From: an uncultured virus (IMG/VR IMGVR_UViG_3300032282_003039)
Virus record (IMG/VR): IMGVR_UViG_3300032282_003039
Location: 1-36,462 of that record
Length of the DNA stretch: 36,462 bases
Direction: 5' to 3' (one strand)
The notes beneath the pieces are model-generated. The model ran no database searches, was not told where the DNA came from, and saw only the letters and a list, made by a program, of their open reading frames with translations. Every line of letters begins with the position of its first letter. Within the stretch, counting starts at the first letter, position 1. Position numbers and translations under genes: made by a program. Shown here piece after piece: positions 8,207 to 15,626 of this stretch.

Positions 8207-9396
8207 TACATATCTCCCGAATCAATGTTAATAACTGAACCTACCTTTGGTATAGCGTGTGGATTATCTAAAATACACCATAAAACAGGGCAATTCCACT
8301 CACCACCCCAATCATCACCGACACAACCATCTGTCAAAACAATAGCACATACAGGAGTAATGCTATTCTTTTTCATGTATTTAGTGATACATTTTGGTGA
8401 TGTTCCCCCGCCACCTTTGGGCTTGGTTGATGTAGTCATTTTATCCCACTCACCCAATCCATAAACCTCATGCCCCGCAACTTCTGTATCCCAATAAAGT
8501 AAATCTACCAATTCGGGGTTTACATTTTCCATCATCTTGGAAACTTCACTAATGAATCGGTTTAAAATACGACCACCAATCGACCCTGAAGTATCAATAG
8601 CAACCACTACCCTACCCATTGTTTCGCTATATGTTGATGGCATATACATATCATGTTGCAACCATCTGCGATTAGGTTTTCGCCAAGTGCTATCGTCTTT
8701 TCCACTACATACTGCACTAACATACTCAGCGAGGGCGGTTTTCCAATCGACTTTTGCACTCATCAAATCGGTAAATGATCTATCAACTTTACCCCCAACC
8801 TTACCCGCTAAAATTGCACCCTGACGAATTGCTTGGTCTATCTCTTTTTCCAATTCTGCTTTTTCCTCGTCAGTCATCTCGTCTGCGTTTTCCCAATCAT
8901 GCTCATCTAGTTTAAACACACCATCACCCCCGCCACCATAACCATATTCGTCAGGCAATAATGCAAATACATCTGCGGTGCTTAAACCTTTAAACTTATG
9001 ATTGATTAGCCCACCTTCAGGCACGACACAAAATCGTTCGCCCTTGTTGTCGGTGTGTTCTTTACCCTCGTCATCAATCTCTAAATTGATAACATAATCA
9101 CAAGCCATATTAGTTTTGGTGCGGTTGATCTTGGCTAAGTGTTTCCATGTAAGCAAGTGTCTATACATCTTGTGTTTTGCCTCATGCAAAATCAAACCCC
9201 GCAACTCATTATCTTTTAGACTTTCAACAAAAGCACGACCATATTCAATATCCCGCCCATTGGTTCTAGCGGTGTCTAAATCATCAATCACTTTGGATTC
9301 ACCCACCATAATTAGACTTGTGTATGCCACAAATCCCTTATGCCTCATAATTTCGGTGTGTGCTTTTTCAATGCGTTGTTCTGCGGTTAGTTTCAT
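8206..9396 (-). CDS. HExxH metallopeptidase-like + VWA domain protein (DUF2201-like)
   Basis: TARTNG; LILHEAKH; NMACDYVIN; MIDAS motif AIDTSGS; GGGT; IVLTDG. Start reassigned to MKLTAEQRI at 9396. Confidence 0.88.
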   Translation of the reverse strand: MKLTAEQRIEKAHTEIMRHKGFVAYTSLIMVGESKVIDDLDTARTNGRDIEYGRAFVESLKDNELRGLILHEAKHKMYRHLLTWKHLAKINRTKTNMACDYVINLEIDDEGKEHTDNKGERFCVVPEGGLINHKFKGLSTADVFALLPDEYGYGGGGDGVFKLDEHDWENADEMTDEEKAELEKEIDQAIRQGAILAGKVGGKVDRSFTDLMSAKVDWKTALAEYVSAVCSGKDDSTWRKPNRRWLQHDMYMPSTYSETMGRVVVAIDTSGSIGGRILNRFISEVSKMMENVNPELVDLLYWDTEVAGHEVYGLGEWDKMTTSTKPKGGGGTSPKCITKYMKKNSITPVCAIVLTDGCVGDDWGGEWNCPVLWCILDNPHAIPKVGSVINIDSGDM

Positions 9397-9397
9397 G

Positions 9398-9790
9398 TTA
9401 AACCTTTCCCCAATAGCCATATACCATCTTGTTTGAGCAATCCCAAATATCATTTGGAATACCATCTATTACTGCCACATAATGCCCCGCTTGTTGGGCT
9501 ATTATTGCACCCTTAGGCATATCACTACACCTTGCCTTACGACCTTCAAACTTTGGTGCTGAGTGCCATATCCACCCATACTTTTTCAAAACATCTGAAT
9601 ACACATCTTTATAAATCCCATCTCTTGCGGATTTTTTAAAACCTTTATTTTTATTTGCTTGGGCTAATTCGTTATAAGCGGTTTGATAATCCAAACCTAA
9701 AGCGATTGATAATGCTCTTGCCCCGCAATCCCCCGCCCTACCCTTATAACCCGCTTTAGACCTACCACCATCATTAAATATAAAATTCAT
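9398..9790 (-). CDS. phage protein with possible Cys/His catalytic dyad
   Basis: NDGGR..AG.KG.AGDCGARA...GHYVAVIDG..D.WD; the peptidase-like function is an inference. Confidence 0.65.
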   Translation of the reverse strand: MNFIFNDGGRSKAGYKGRAGDCGARALSIALGLDYQTAYNELAQANKNKGFKKSARDGIYKDVYSDVLKKYGWIWHSAPKFEGRKARCSDMPKGAIIAQQAGHYVAVIDGIPNDIWDCSNKMVYGYWGKV

Positions 9791-9931
9791 AATTGCCTTT
9801 CATTGAATCCATAATATATTTTCGCCCACCTTGCTTGGAAAATATATTAGGGGAAACCCTAGTTTTGATATGGTAATGTTTCACAATATGAAATAGTTTC
9901 ATGTCAATAGGTGTTTACCCTAATATGTAGT

Positions 9932-10108
9932 TTAAACATTCTCCTCATAACTTAGGTATGGTTTATATGGTTTTAATGCTTTACCGAAAGCGTAATACAT
10001 TGGGCTAATTTCGTCAATTAAATTTTGTTTTTCTGCTTTAGTAATTGCCTTAAATAGTTTATGTTGCAAACTGTTTTCATATTCCAATTCAATTCTGCTT
10101 TTAATCAT
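9932..10108 (-). CDS. small hypothetical protein (58 aa)
   Basis: Manual translation MIKSRIELEYENSLQHKLFKAITK...EENV; preceded by GAGGGAGTTTAAACATT. Confidence 0.55.
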   Translation of the reverse strand: MIKSRIELEYENSLQHKLFKAITKAEKQNLIDEISPMYYAFGKALKPYKPYLSYEENV

Positions 10109-10125
10109 AATGTTTAAACTCCCTC

Positions 10126-11202
10126 TTAACTAGCAAACATATAATTATTATCGGTAGCCCACTTAATAAATTCCTTATTCGTGCCTACTATTAACTTTTT
10201 ATTGGTTCGCATAACTGATGTAGCAAATAGCCCTTGTGATTCTTTAGACAATCTAGCCATGTATTTTAACCAAAATGGCATTGTATCTTTTTCTACTTGT
10301 TGGACTGCGGAATAGACTAACATACATACTGCACTTGGGCTTTTAGGAATAGGTGTTTTAATCGGGTCTTTAATGATGCTTTCCCAATCAGGTAATTGAT
10401 CACCTAACTGAACAATACTTAGCGTGTCATATGTTGCTCTATCGCCAATCGTTCCCTTTAATGCGTGTCCTAAAATATCCATGCCTAATGGTTTTGCTTT
10501 TTTAATAATATCTGATGCTTTTTCTAAACTGCGTGGTGTCGTAAAAGATGGGCGGGGTGTGCGAGGGTCATAAATATATTCGTTATCTTTATGGTTGTCG
10601 TAATCTTCAAAAGATGCCAACATCTGCGGAAACTGTTTGACTGTTTGCAATATTTCAGGGGCTATCCCATTGTCAAGAGCATAATTTTCTAACCACTCAT
10701 CTGCGGTTGGTTTACGCACTTTCACTACGCACAATCTGTTTCTAGCGTGTGGCGGTAACATATCACCAATGCCTTCTGTTGCTAGGTTTGTAGTAGCGAA
10801 TACAATACTGCCTTTGGGTAATTCGTAAACCCCTAACTTGCGTTCTAGCATCAATCTTAAACAAGCGTTCATAACTGCTTTTGATGCCTTGCCAATCTCA
10901 TCAAGCATTAAAACAATGGGCTTATCGTGGTGAAAACCAAATTCCTCATTGGGAATAAAACTACAAACTTCGGTGTCGTTTAAACTTCTTATCTTCGGCA
11001 CTAGAAAATCCCCTACATCTTTAGTAGTCATATCACCATAACAGTAATGGTATCTATCGCCTAGTTTATCTCTAAGGGTTTTTAAGATTGATGATTTACC
11101 AATGCCCATTTCGCCCTGTGCTAAAACTGTGGTGTGCGTTCCAACTGCTAAAATAAGGTCTGCGGTTTGTTGAAGTGAAATTGATTTATATAAGTTTGAC
11201 AT
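10126..11202 (-). CDS. MoxR-like AAA+ ATPase
   Basis: Walker A GEMGIGKS; Walker B LMLDE; sensor I ATTN; NR arginine finger; TPRS sensor II; VWA partner gene nearby. Confidence 0.9.
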   Translation of the reverse strand: MSNLYKSISLQQTADLILAVGTHTTVLAQGEMGIGKSSILKTLRDKLGDRYHYCYGDMTTKDVGDFLVPKIRSLNDTEVCSFIPNEEFGFHHDKPIVLMLDEIGKASKAVMNACLRLMLERKLGVYELPKGSIVFATTNLATEGIGDMLPPHARNRLCVVKVRKPTADEWLENYALDNGIAPEILQTVKQFPQMLASFEDYDNHKDNEYIYDPRTPRPSFTTPRSLEKASDIIKKAKPLGMDILGHALKGTIGDRATYDTLSIVQLGDQLPDWESIIKDPIKTPIPKSPSAVCMLVYSAVQQVEKDTMPFWLKYMARLSKESQGLFATSVMRTNKKLIVGTNKEFIKWATDNNYMFAS

Positions 11203-11223
11203 TCTGTTGCCTTTATTGGTTGG

Positions 11224-11322
11224 TTATAAAGATAAAACTACAAATAAGAGTAAACCTAAAAATATAATAAGTAAAGCGGTTAATGCAAAAACTTCAAGGG
11301 TCGATTCGGTTTCATATTGCAT
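11224..11322 (-). CDS. single-pass membrane peptide (32 aa)
   Basis: Manual translation MQYETESTLEVFALTALLIIFLGLLLFVVLSL; preceded by GAGGGGGTTTAAAC. Confidence 0.55.
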   Translation of the reverse strand: MQYETESTLEVFALTALLIIFLGLLLFVVLSL

Positions 11323-11327
11323 AGCGT

Positions 11328-11528
11328 TTAAACCCCCTCTCTAAGTATGTTTAAATAGATTTCATTAACTGCCATTGTGATGCCATCAACTCGATCTTTA
11401 CCATATCGCCTACACATAATCTTATAGGTTCTATAATCGTCATCTTCTGCATTGATGTCGCTAATGATGTTCACAATTTCATAAAACTGTAATTCGGTTA
11501 GCGTTGGTTTTTCGTGGTCTTTAATCAT
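11328..11528 (-). CDS. hypothetical early protein
   Basis: 66 aa; GGGAG-TTTAAAC-ATG start context. Confidence 0.7.
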   Translation of the reverse strand: MIKDHEKPTLTELQFYEIVNIISDINAEDDDYRTYKIMCRRYGKDRVDGITMAVNEIYLNILREGV

Positions 11529-11742
11529 GTTTAAACTCCCTAAAATTAAAATCTTTTATCCATTCAACCCGAACAGTAGCGGGGTCAATCCACTTGGAAA
11601 GCATCTTAAATTCAGGGCTTTCAAGCGGGTAGGATACAAGTAAATGCCCCGCAAATCTAAACCCGCTTTCACCCACTTTGTCTAGTCGGTAAAAATGTGG
11701 TTCAGTTTTGCGGTGGTGATACAACTTTACAACTTTAACCAT
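11521..11742 (-). CDS. hypothetical early protein
   Basis: 73 aa; GTTTAAAC just before the ATG. Confidence 0.65.
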   Translation of the reverse strand: MVKVVKLYHHRKTEPHFYRLDKVGESGFRFAGHLLVSYPLESPEFKMLSKWIDPATVRVEWIKDFNFREFKHD

Positions 11743-11747
11743 ACTGT

Positions 11748-11930
11748 TTAAACTCTGCCATCTAGTAATTCGTTTAACCGAATTTGATACAATTCCTCTA
11801 CCGATTCAAACTCGAATGAATCAGCACCATAAATATAAAAAGTTTCACCCAATAGCGAATGAGCCTCTTTTACACTATCGCATTGTTCTAACTCATATAA
11901 AATTTTATTAAAAGGGTTTGGCATATCCAT
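11748..11930 (-). CDS. acidic hypothetical early protein
   Basis: 60 aa, 13 D/E versus 4 K/R; GAGGGT-GTTTAAAC-ATG start context. Confidence 0.7.
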   Translation of the reverse strand: MDMPNPFNKILYELEQCDSVKEAHSLLGETFYIYGADSFEFESVEELYQIRLNELLDGRV

Positions 11931-11932
11931 GT

Positions 11933-12154
11933 TTAAACACCCTCGCTATAAATTTCGGATTCGTCAGGGTCAATCGTATAGTCGCAACTATCAAGCCAAT
12001 CATTAAACCCGCACCTGTAAGCGGTTGGGTCTAACTCTTTTAATACTCTGCTAGGGTCAAACTCTATCCCCGCTATATTGATCGGGGAATAGAGTTCGTC
12101 TAACATTTCGTCATATAAATCTAAAGCGGTTGATTCGTCTATAAATTCAAGCAT
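11933..12154 (-). CDS. highly acidic early protein (candidate DNA mimic)
   Basis: 73 aa, 20 D/E versus 3 K/R; YDEMLDE...S.VLKE.DPTAYRCGFNDW; SD GAGG. Confidence 0.7.
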   Translation of the reverse strand: MLEFIDESTALDLYDEMLDELYSPINIAGIEFDPSRVLKELDPTAYRCGFNDWLDSCDYTIDPDESEIYSEGV

Positions 12155-12158
12155 AATT

Positions 12159-12276
12159 AGCCTCTTAGGTTGTAATGGTTTACTGCCCCCGCTTGTCTAG
12201 GCGGGTCTGTATTGGTTCACATATTGAGCCTCTTAGGTTGTAATGGTTTACTGCCCCCGCTTTTCTAGGCGGGTTT
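12159..12276. repeat. tandem duplication, 50-bp unit with 68-bp period, containing a hairpin and RBS
   Basis: AGCCTCTTAGGTTGTAATGGTTTACTGCCCCCGCTT(G/T)TCTAGGCGGGT at 12159 and 12227. Confidence 0.9.
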
Positions 12277-12321
12277 ATGGTTCGCTTTTGTGTGGTTGTG
12301 TGTCCTTTCATGGTTCGTGGT

Positions 12322-12495
12322 CTAGGTATTGTTTAAACATTCCCCAACTTTTACTGCGTGAGCCATATTTAGGATATGCTCAAATAATCCATCTAATTTA
12401 GGCGATGCGTAGCCATGTAGTGCAAGGTCTAACAGGGCAATATCATCATTGTATAAGGTTAATGATATGGTGATGGGTGTGTCGTGGTTAATCAT
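12322..12495 (-). CDS. small hypothetical protein (57 aa)
   Basis: Manual translation MINHDTPITISLTLYNDDIALLDLALHGY...; preceded by GGGAGTATTTAAAC. Confidence 0.55.
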   Translation of the reverse strand: MINHDTPITISLTLYNDDIALLDLALHGYASPKLDGLFEHILNMAHAVKVGECLNNT

Positions 12496-12497
12496 GT

Positions 12498-12659
12498 TTA
12501 AATACTCCCTGTTGAAATTAAGCCATTCAAATAATCACCCGCCACTTTTATGTCGTTGTTTTCTTTTCTAAAACTGCCTTCGTAGATTGCTCGGTTTTCG
12601 TCAATCTCAAGCCAATCTAATATCCTACAAAATGCCTCAAATTCCTTTTTGGTCATCAT
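12498..12659 (-). CDS. small hypothetical protein (53 aa)
   Basis: Manual translation MMTKKEFEAFCRILDWLEIDENRAIYEG...; preceded by GAGGGAGTGTTTAAAC. Confidence 0.6.
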   Translation of the reverse strand: MMTKKEFEAFCRILDWLEIDENRAIYEGSFRKENNDIKVAGDYLNGLISTGSI

Positions 12660-12673
12660 GTTTAAACACTCCC

Positions 12674-12901
12674 TCATTTAGTTAATTCGTCAAAAAAATC
12701 TTGGGGCTTTTCTGTTGCCACAACACCATCAAGCCATTTATTTATATGTCGGGTTGTAGTGTTTGACCACTTCATAGCGGTTTTATAATATTCGTTGTCA
12801 TTAAACGAGTGATAAGCAACAGGGGTTTTGTAACTGAATAGCACCTTCCCATTGTTGGTTATGACTTCATTCATGTTTTTAGAGATTGGGTTTAATTGCA
12901 T
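12674..12901 (-). CDS. small early phage protein
   Basis: VLFSYKTPVA...KWSNTTTRHINKWL pattern, recalled from phage early regions; SD AAGGA. Confidence 0.75.
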   Translation of the reverse strand: MQLNPISKNMNEVITNNGKVLFSYKTPVAYHSFNDNEYYKTAMKWSNTTTRHINKWLDGVVATEKPQDFFDELTK

Positions 12902-12913
12902 GATGTTGATTCC

Positions 12914-13114
12914 TTAAAATATGGTTTTAAAAAAGGGTGTTTCGGGTTGTTTTAATTCTACCGAATAACCTAATTGTTTTGCAAGGTTTATTGTGTTCGG
13001 TAATAGGGTTTTAGTGTTGGCTATTTTGGCGAACACTTGGGCGGGTTCATTCACAGGGTAATAAACTGTATTCCCATAAACTTGCCTTTGCTCTATCAAA
13101 ATTGTTTGATTCAT
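12914..13114 (-). CDS. hypothetical early protein
   Basis: VYGN..YYPVN..A..FA.IA.TKTL pattern; SD AAGGA. Confidence 0.7.
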   Translation of the reverse strand: MNQTILIEQRQVYGNTVYYPVNEPAQVFAKIANTKTLLPNTINLAKQLGYSVELKQPETPFFKTIF

Positions 13115-13126
13115 TTTGGTTTTTCC

Positions 13127-13345
13127 TTAATCGTTTAGTGGAATGTTGTTGGCTTCTAAAATCTTACATAATAAATTTTCTATAATCAACACCTTTCGCC
13201 CTGTCGCTGAAATGTCTAATTCATCAGCAATAAAAAACAATTTATTCTGTTCGTTATTGTATTTGATGGCATTGTCAAGGGTTAAAAACTTGTCAAGGTT
13301 TTGGGTTGTGTTGATGGTCTTAATGAATTGGTCTGATGGTTGCAT
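13127..13345 (-). CDS. hypothetical early protein
   Basis: 72-aa ORF; GTTTAAAC before the ATG. Confidence 0.6.
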   Translation of the reverse strand: MQPSDQFIKTINTTQNLDKFLTLDNAIKYNNEQNKLFFIADELDISATGRKVLIIENLLCKILEANNIPLND

Positions 13346-13383
13346 GGTGTTTAAACAATGCGGGGTTTCCCCCGCACCCTTTC

Positions 13384-13584
13384 TTATATGGTTGGTTTGC
13401 CTAGCATTGTGGCTAATTGGTTATAAACTGCGGTTTTATTGCCCTTATATCCCAATTCGCTTTTGATAATAGAGTAAGCGGTTCTACCTCTATTCATGCG
13501 TAGCCCTTTAATTTCAAGTTTTAAACCTGAGAGCAAAGTAAAATAGCGAAATAACTCGATTTTTTCGGGGGTGTCTATCATCAT
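13384..13584 (-). CDS. hypothetical early protein
   Basis: L.SGLKLEIKG.RM.RGRTAY.IIK.ELG.KG pattern; SD AAGGA. Confidence 0.7.
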   Translation of the reverse strand: MMIDTPEKIELFRYFTLLSGLKLEIKGLRMNRGRTAYSIIKSELGYKGNKTAVYNQLATMLGKPTI

Positions 13585-13795
13585 GTTATCTATTCCTTTT
13601 TAGGTTAGTGTTTCAATATATGGCTAATTGCCACAATTAAATTAGATCAAACTGTGAAGATTATGTAAAGGTTTTTTATATATCGAATAGTTATAAAACA
13701 ACTGTTTTTTATACTAAGGGTTTACCCTCGAAAATCGAGATCGTGGTGTTGGTGAGGTAAGGGTAGCCCGAACATAGAAAAGGGCTATAAACCCC
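13585..13795 (-). promoter_or_regulatory. early promoter/leader block, copy 2
   Basis: Shares GGTTAGTGTTTCAATATATGGC..AATTGCCA, GGGTTTACCCT..AAAATCGAGATCG and GGGCTATAAA with 15015-15250. Confidence 0.65.
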
Positions 13796-13888
13796 CTTAA
13801 AACTCGCCCAAATTGATTACGGGTTTATGGGCTTGGAACAAAGGCAATTTTTTGGCGGGGCGGGGCTTGTTTAAACAATGCAAGGGGC

Positions 13889-13915
13889 AAAAAAAATCGG
13901 GGCATAGCCCCGATT
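13889..13915 (-). terminator. Rho-independent terminator
   Basis: Minus strand reads AATCGGGGC-TAT-GCCCCGATT followed by a T run, downstream of 13935..14312. Confidence 0.8.
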
Positions 13916-13934
13916 GGTTTAAACACTTGGTAGG

Positions 13935-14312
13935 TCAGAATGAATCGGGGTTGCAATCCCTGTTGTAATCTGCGAAATATTCCGCATCGCTGACCCAATC
14001 ATTAGCCTCACAAGCCTCACCATTTTTAGCGGGGGTTGATTTGGGTAGTAAAATCACCCATTCCCATATAGGGGCTTCAGTCCCGCATGAAAATTGACCT
14101 ACGCAAAAACAAACAGGGAAGGGGTAATCAAGATTAGGGCGGGAAGTGTTATAACCCGCACTATCAGCAACCCGCCAAGAGGTTGTTCGGGGGTTATGGC
14201 GGGGGAGATTAACTAGCCCCTCAATGGTTGCCCCTTGCGAATGAGGGCGGGGGATATCTTCGACAAACTCGCCCTTTTGTGATCTGCTTACATCATATTT
14301 AAAGACTTTCAT
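13935..14312 (-). CDS. hypothetical early protein
   Basis: 125-aa ORF with SD GGAG, followed by a terminator. Confidence 0.7.
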   Translation of the reverse strand: MKVFKYDVSRSQKGEFVEDIPRPHSQGATIEGLVNLPRHNPRTTSWRVADSAGYNTSRPNLDYPFPVCFCVGQFSCGTEAPIWEWVILLPKSTPAKNGEACEANDWVSDAEYFADYNRDCNPDSF

Positions 14313-14366
14313 TTTAGAATCTCCAATTAGTTTAAACAGGGGGCGGGATTGCCCCCCGCTTGGTTT

Positions 14367-15014
14367 TTATTCCTCGCCCTCGCCATCTTCGGGGGTGTAT
14401 TCACTCCACATTTTGCCATGACCTAGAGGGCATTTGGGAACCGCTATTTTTAACCATTTGCTAGATGTGCGTAAAGCATATCCACACTTTAGACACTTAC
14501 AAGCAAGATTGCGGGTGGTTTGCTTTTTATAGCGGGTTGAAAGGGTGGAGTGTGGATACTCACCCTCTGCCTCTACCCATTGGTTAATAAGGGCTAGTAG
14601 CCACTCACCCGCATTGGTAGAGGTGAGTTTACCCTCTAGTCCTACTGCCCTAGCACAATCACCAAAAACCTTGTTATGCCCCTCTTTATTGCCGACAGTA
14701 GCGTGACATAACTCATGCACTAAAACATCAATAACCCTAGCGGAATCGGCTAGGCTTGGCACAATCATAATTTGAAAGGTGTTATCGCTAGACATAGAGG
14801 GCGAGTAGCACTCGCCAAGTGTGAATCGCTTTTGATGGGCTTTTGTGTGAATCCCGCCACTAGCCAAAGAACAAGAGAGGCGAATATTGGCGGGGATTGT
14901 GTAGCCCTTTGAAGCAAACAAGGGGCGGAGATACTTATTGGTAATGAGGGTTAGCCATGCCTCACGATTGGCATTGGTAGCCGATTGGCTAGGGGTGTAG
15001 GTTAGTAGTAGCAT
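14367..15014 (-). CDS. SprT-like zinc metalloprotease-family protein with C-terminal zinc ribbon
   Basis: LGEC; VLVHELCHA...GHNKVF; C-terminal CLKCGY...CPLGH. Start reassigned to ATG 15014 (SD AGGA; the sequence upstream is the duplicated leader). Confidence 0.8.
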   Translation of the reverse strand: MLLLTYTPSQSATNANREAWLTLITNKYLRPLFASKGYTIPANIRLSCSLASGGIHTKAHQKRFTLGECYSPSMSSDNTFQIMIVPSLADSARVIDVLVHELCHATVGNKEGHNKVFGDCARAVGLEGKLTSTNAGEWLLALINQWVEAEGEYPHSTLSTRYKKQTTRNLACKCLKCGYALRTSSKWLKIAVPKCPLGHGKMWSEYTPEDGEGEE

Positions 15015-15280
15015 TTTTTCTATTCCTAATATGGTTAGTGTTTCAATATATGGCGAAATTGCCATACCTCAAAAATAATAGGAATGTTGTTTAAACTCTA
15101 TTAGGGGAAACCCTTAGTTTCTTTATTCTTTTTAGTTATGGGTTTGGGTTTCTATATACTTAGGGGTTTACCCTTACAAAATCGAGATCGCATAGGGCTT
15201 GATACTAACCCATCAACTGAGGGCAAAATGGCATGGCGGGGCTATAAAGGGCATTGGCGGGGTTTCATATTGTGGAATAG
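15015..15280 (-). promoter_or_regulatory. early promoter/leader block, copy 1, with palindromic operators
   Basis: Homologous to 13585-13795; AGGGGAAACCCT at 15103, AGGGGTTTACCCT at 15162, TTTCATATTGTGGAA at 15263. Confidence 0.65.
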
Positions 15281-15369
15281 CGTTTATTCGGTTTAGTGTT
15301 GTATTTATGCCACATCACCACTCAGGCTCTCGCACCCGCTTAGTTTAAACGCACTCAGCGTATCAGCCA

Positions 15370-15529
15370 TGTTGCACCGCACCATTGTTGCACCGCACAA
15401 AGACCATGATGCCATTGTGGTTATGTTGCACCGCACAAAGACCATGATGCCATTGTGGTTATGTTGCACCGCACCAATCAGCCATGTTGCACCGCACCAT
15501 TGTTGCACCGCACCATTGTTGCACCGCAC
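15370..15529. repeat. array of seven TGTTGCACCGCAC direct repeats
   Basis: Copies start at 15370, 15386, 15424, 15462, 15485, 15501 and 15517; includes an exact 38-bp tandem duplication. Confidence 0.92.
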
Positions 15530-15534
15530 CATCA

Positions 15535-15591
15535 TGCACCAATGTGGTGCATCATGCACCAAATTGGGGAACAATGCACCAATTTGGTGCA
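15535..15591. promoter_or_regulatory. three NtrC-consensus boxes at 20-bp spacing
   Basis: TGCACCA-atg-TGGTGCA (15535), imperfect TGCACCAAATTGGGGAA (15555) and TGCACCA-att-TGGTGCA (15575); established NtrC consensus TGCACCA-N3-TGGTGCA. Confidence 0.65.
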
Positions 15592-15594
15592 TAG

Positions 15595-15626
15595 GGGGTG
15601 TTGTAAAAAAGCAACACCCCTTTTTG
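15595..15626. other. inverted repeat GGGGTGTTG-N8-CAACACCCC followed by a T run (operator or plus-strand terminator)
   Basis: Perfect 9-bp inverted arms seen directly. Confidence 0.5.

Noticed and set aside
15370-15591. CRISPR array
   Set aside because: Repeats are only 13 bp, spacers vary from 3 to 25 nt and are themselves duplicated, and no cas genes are present.
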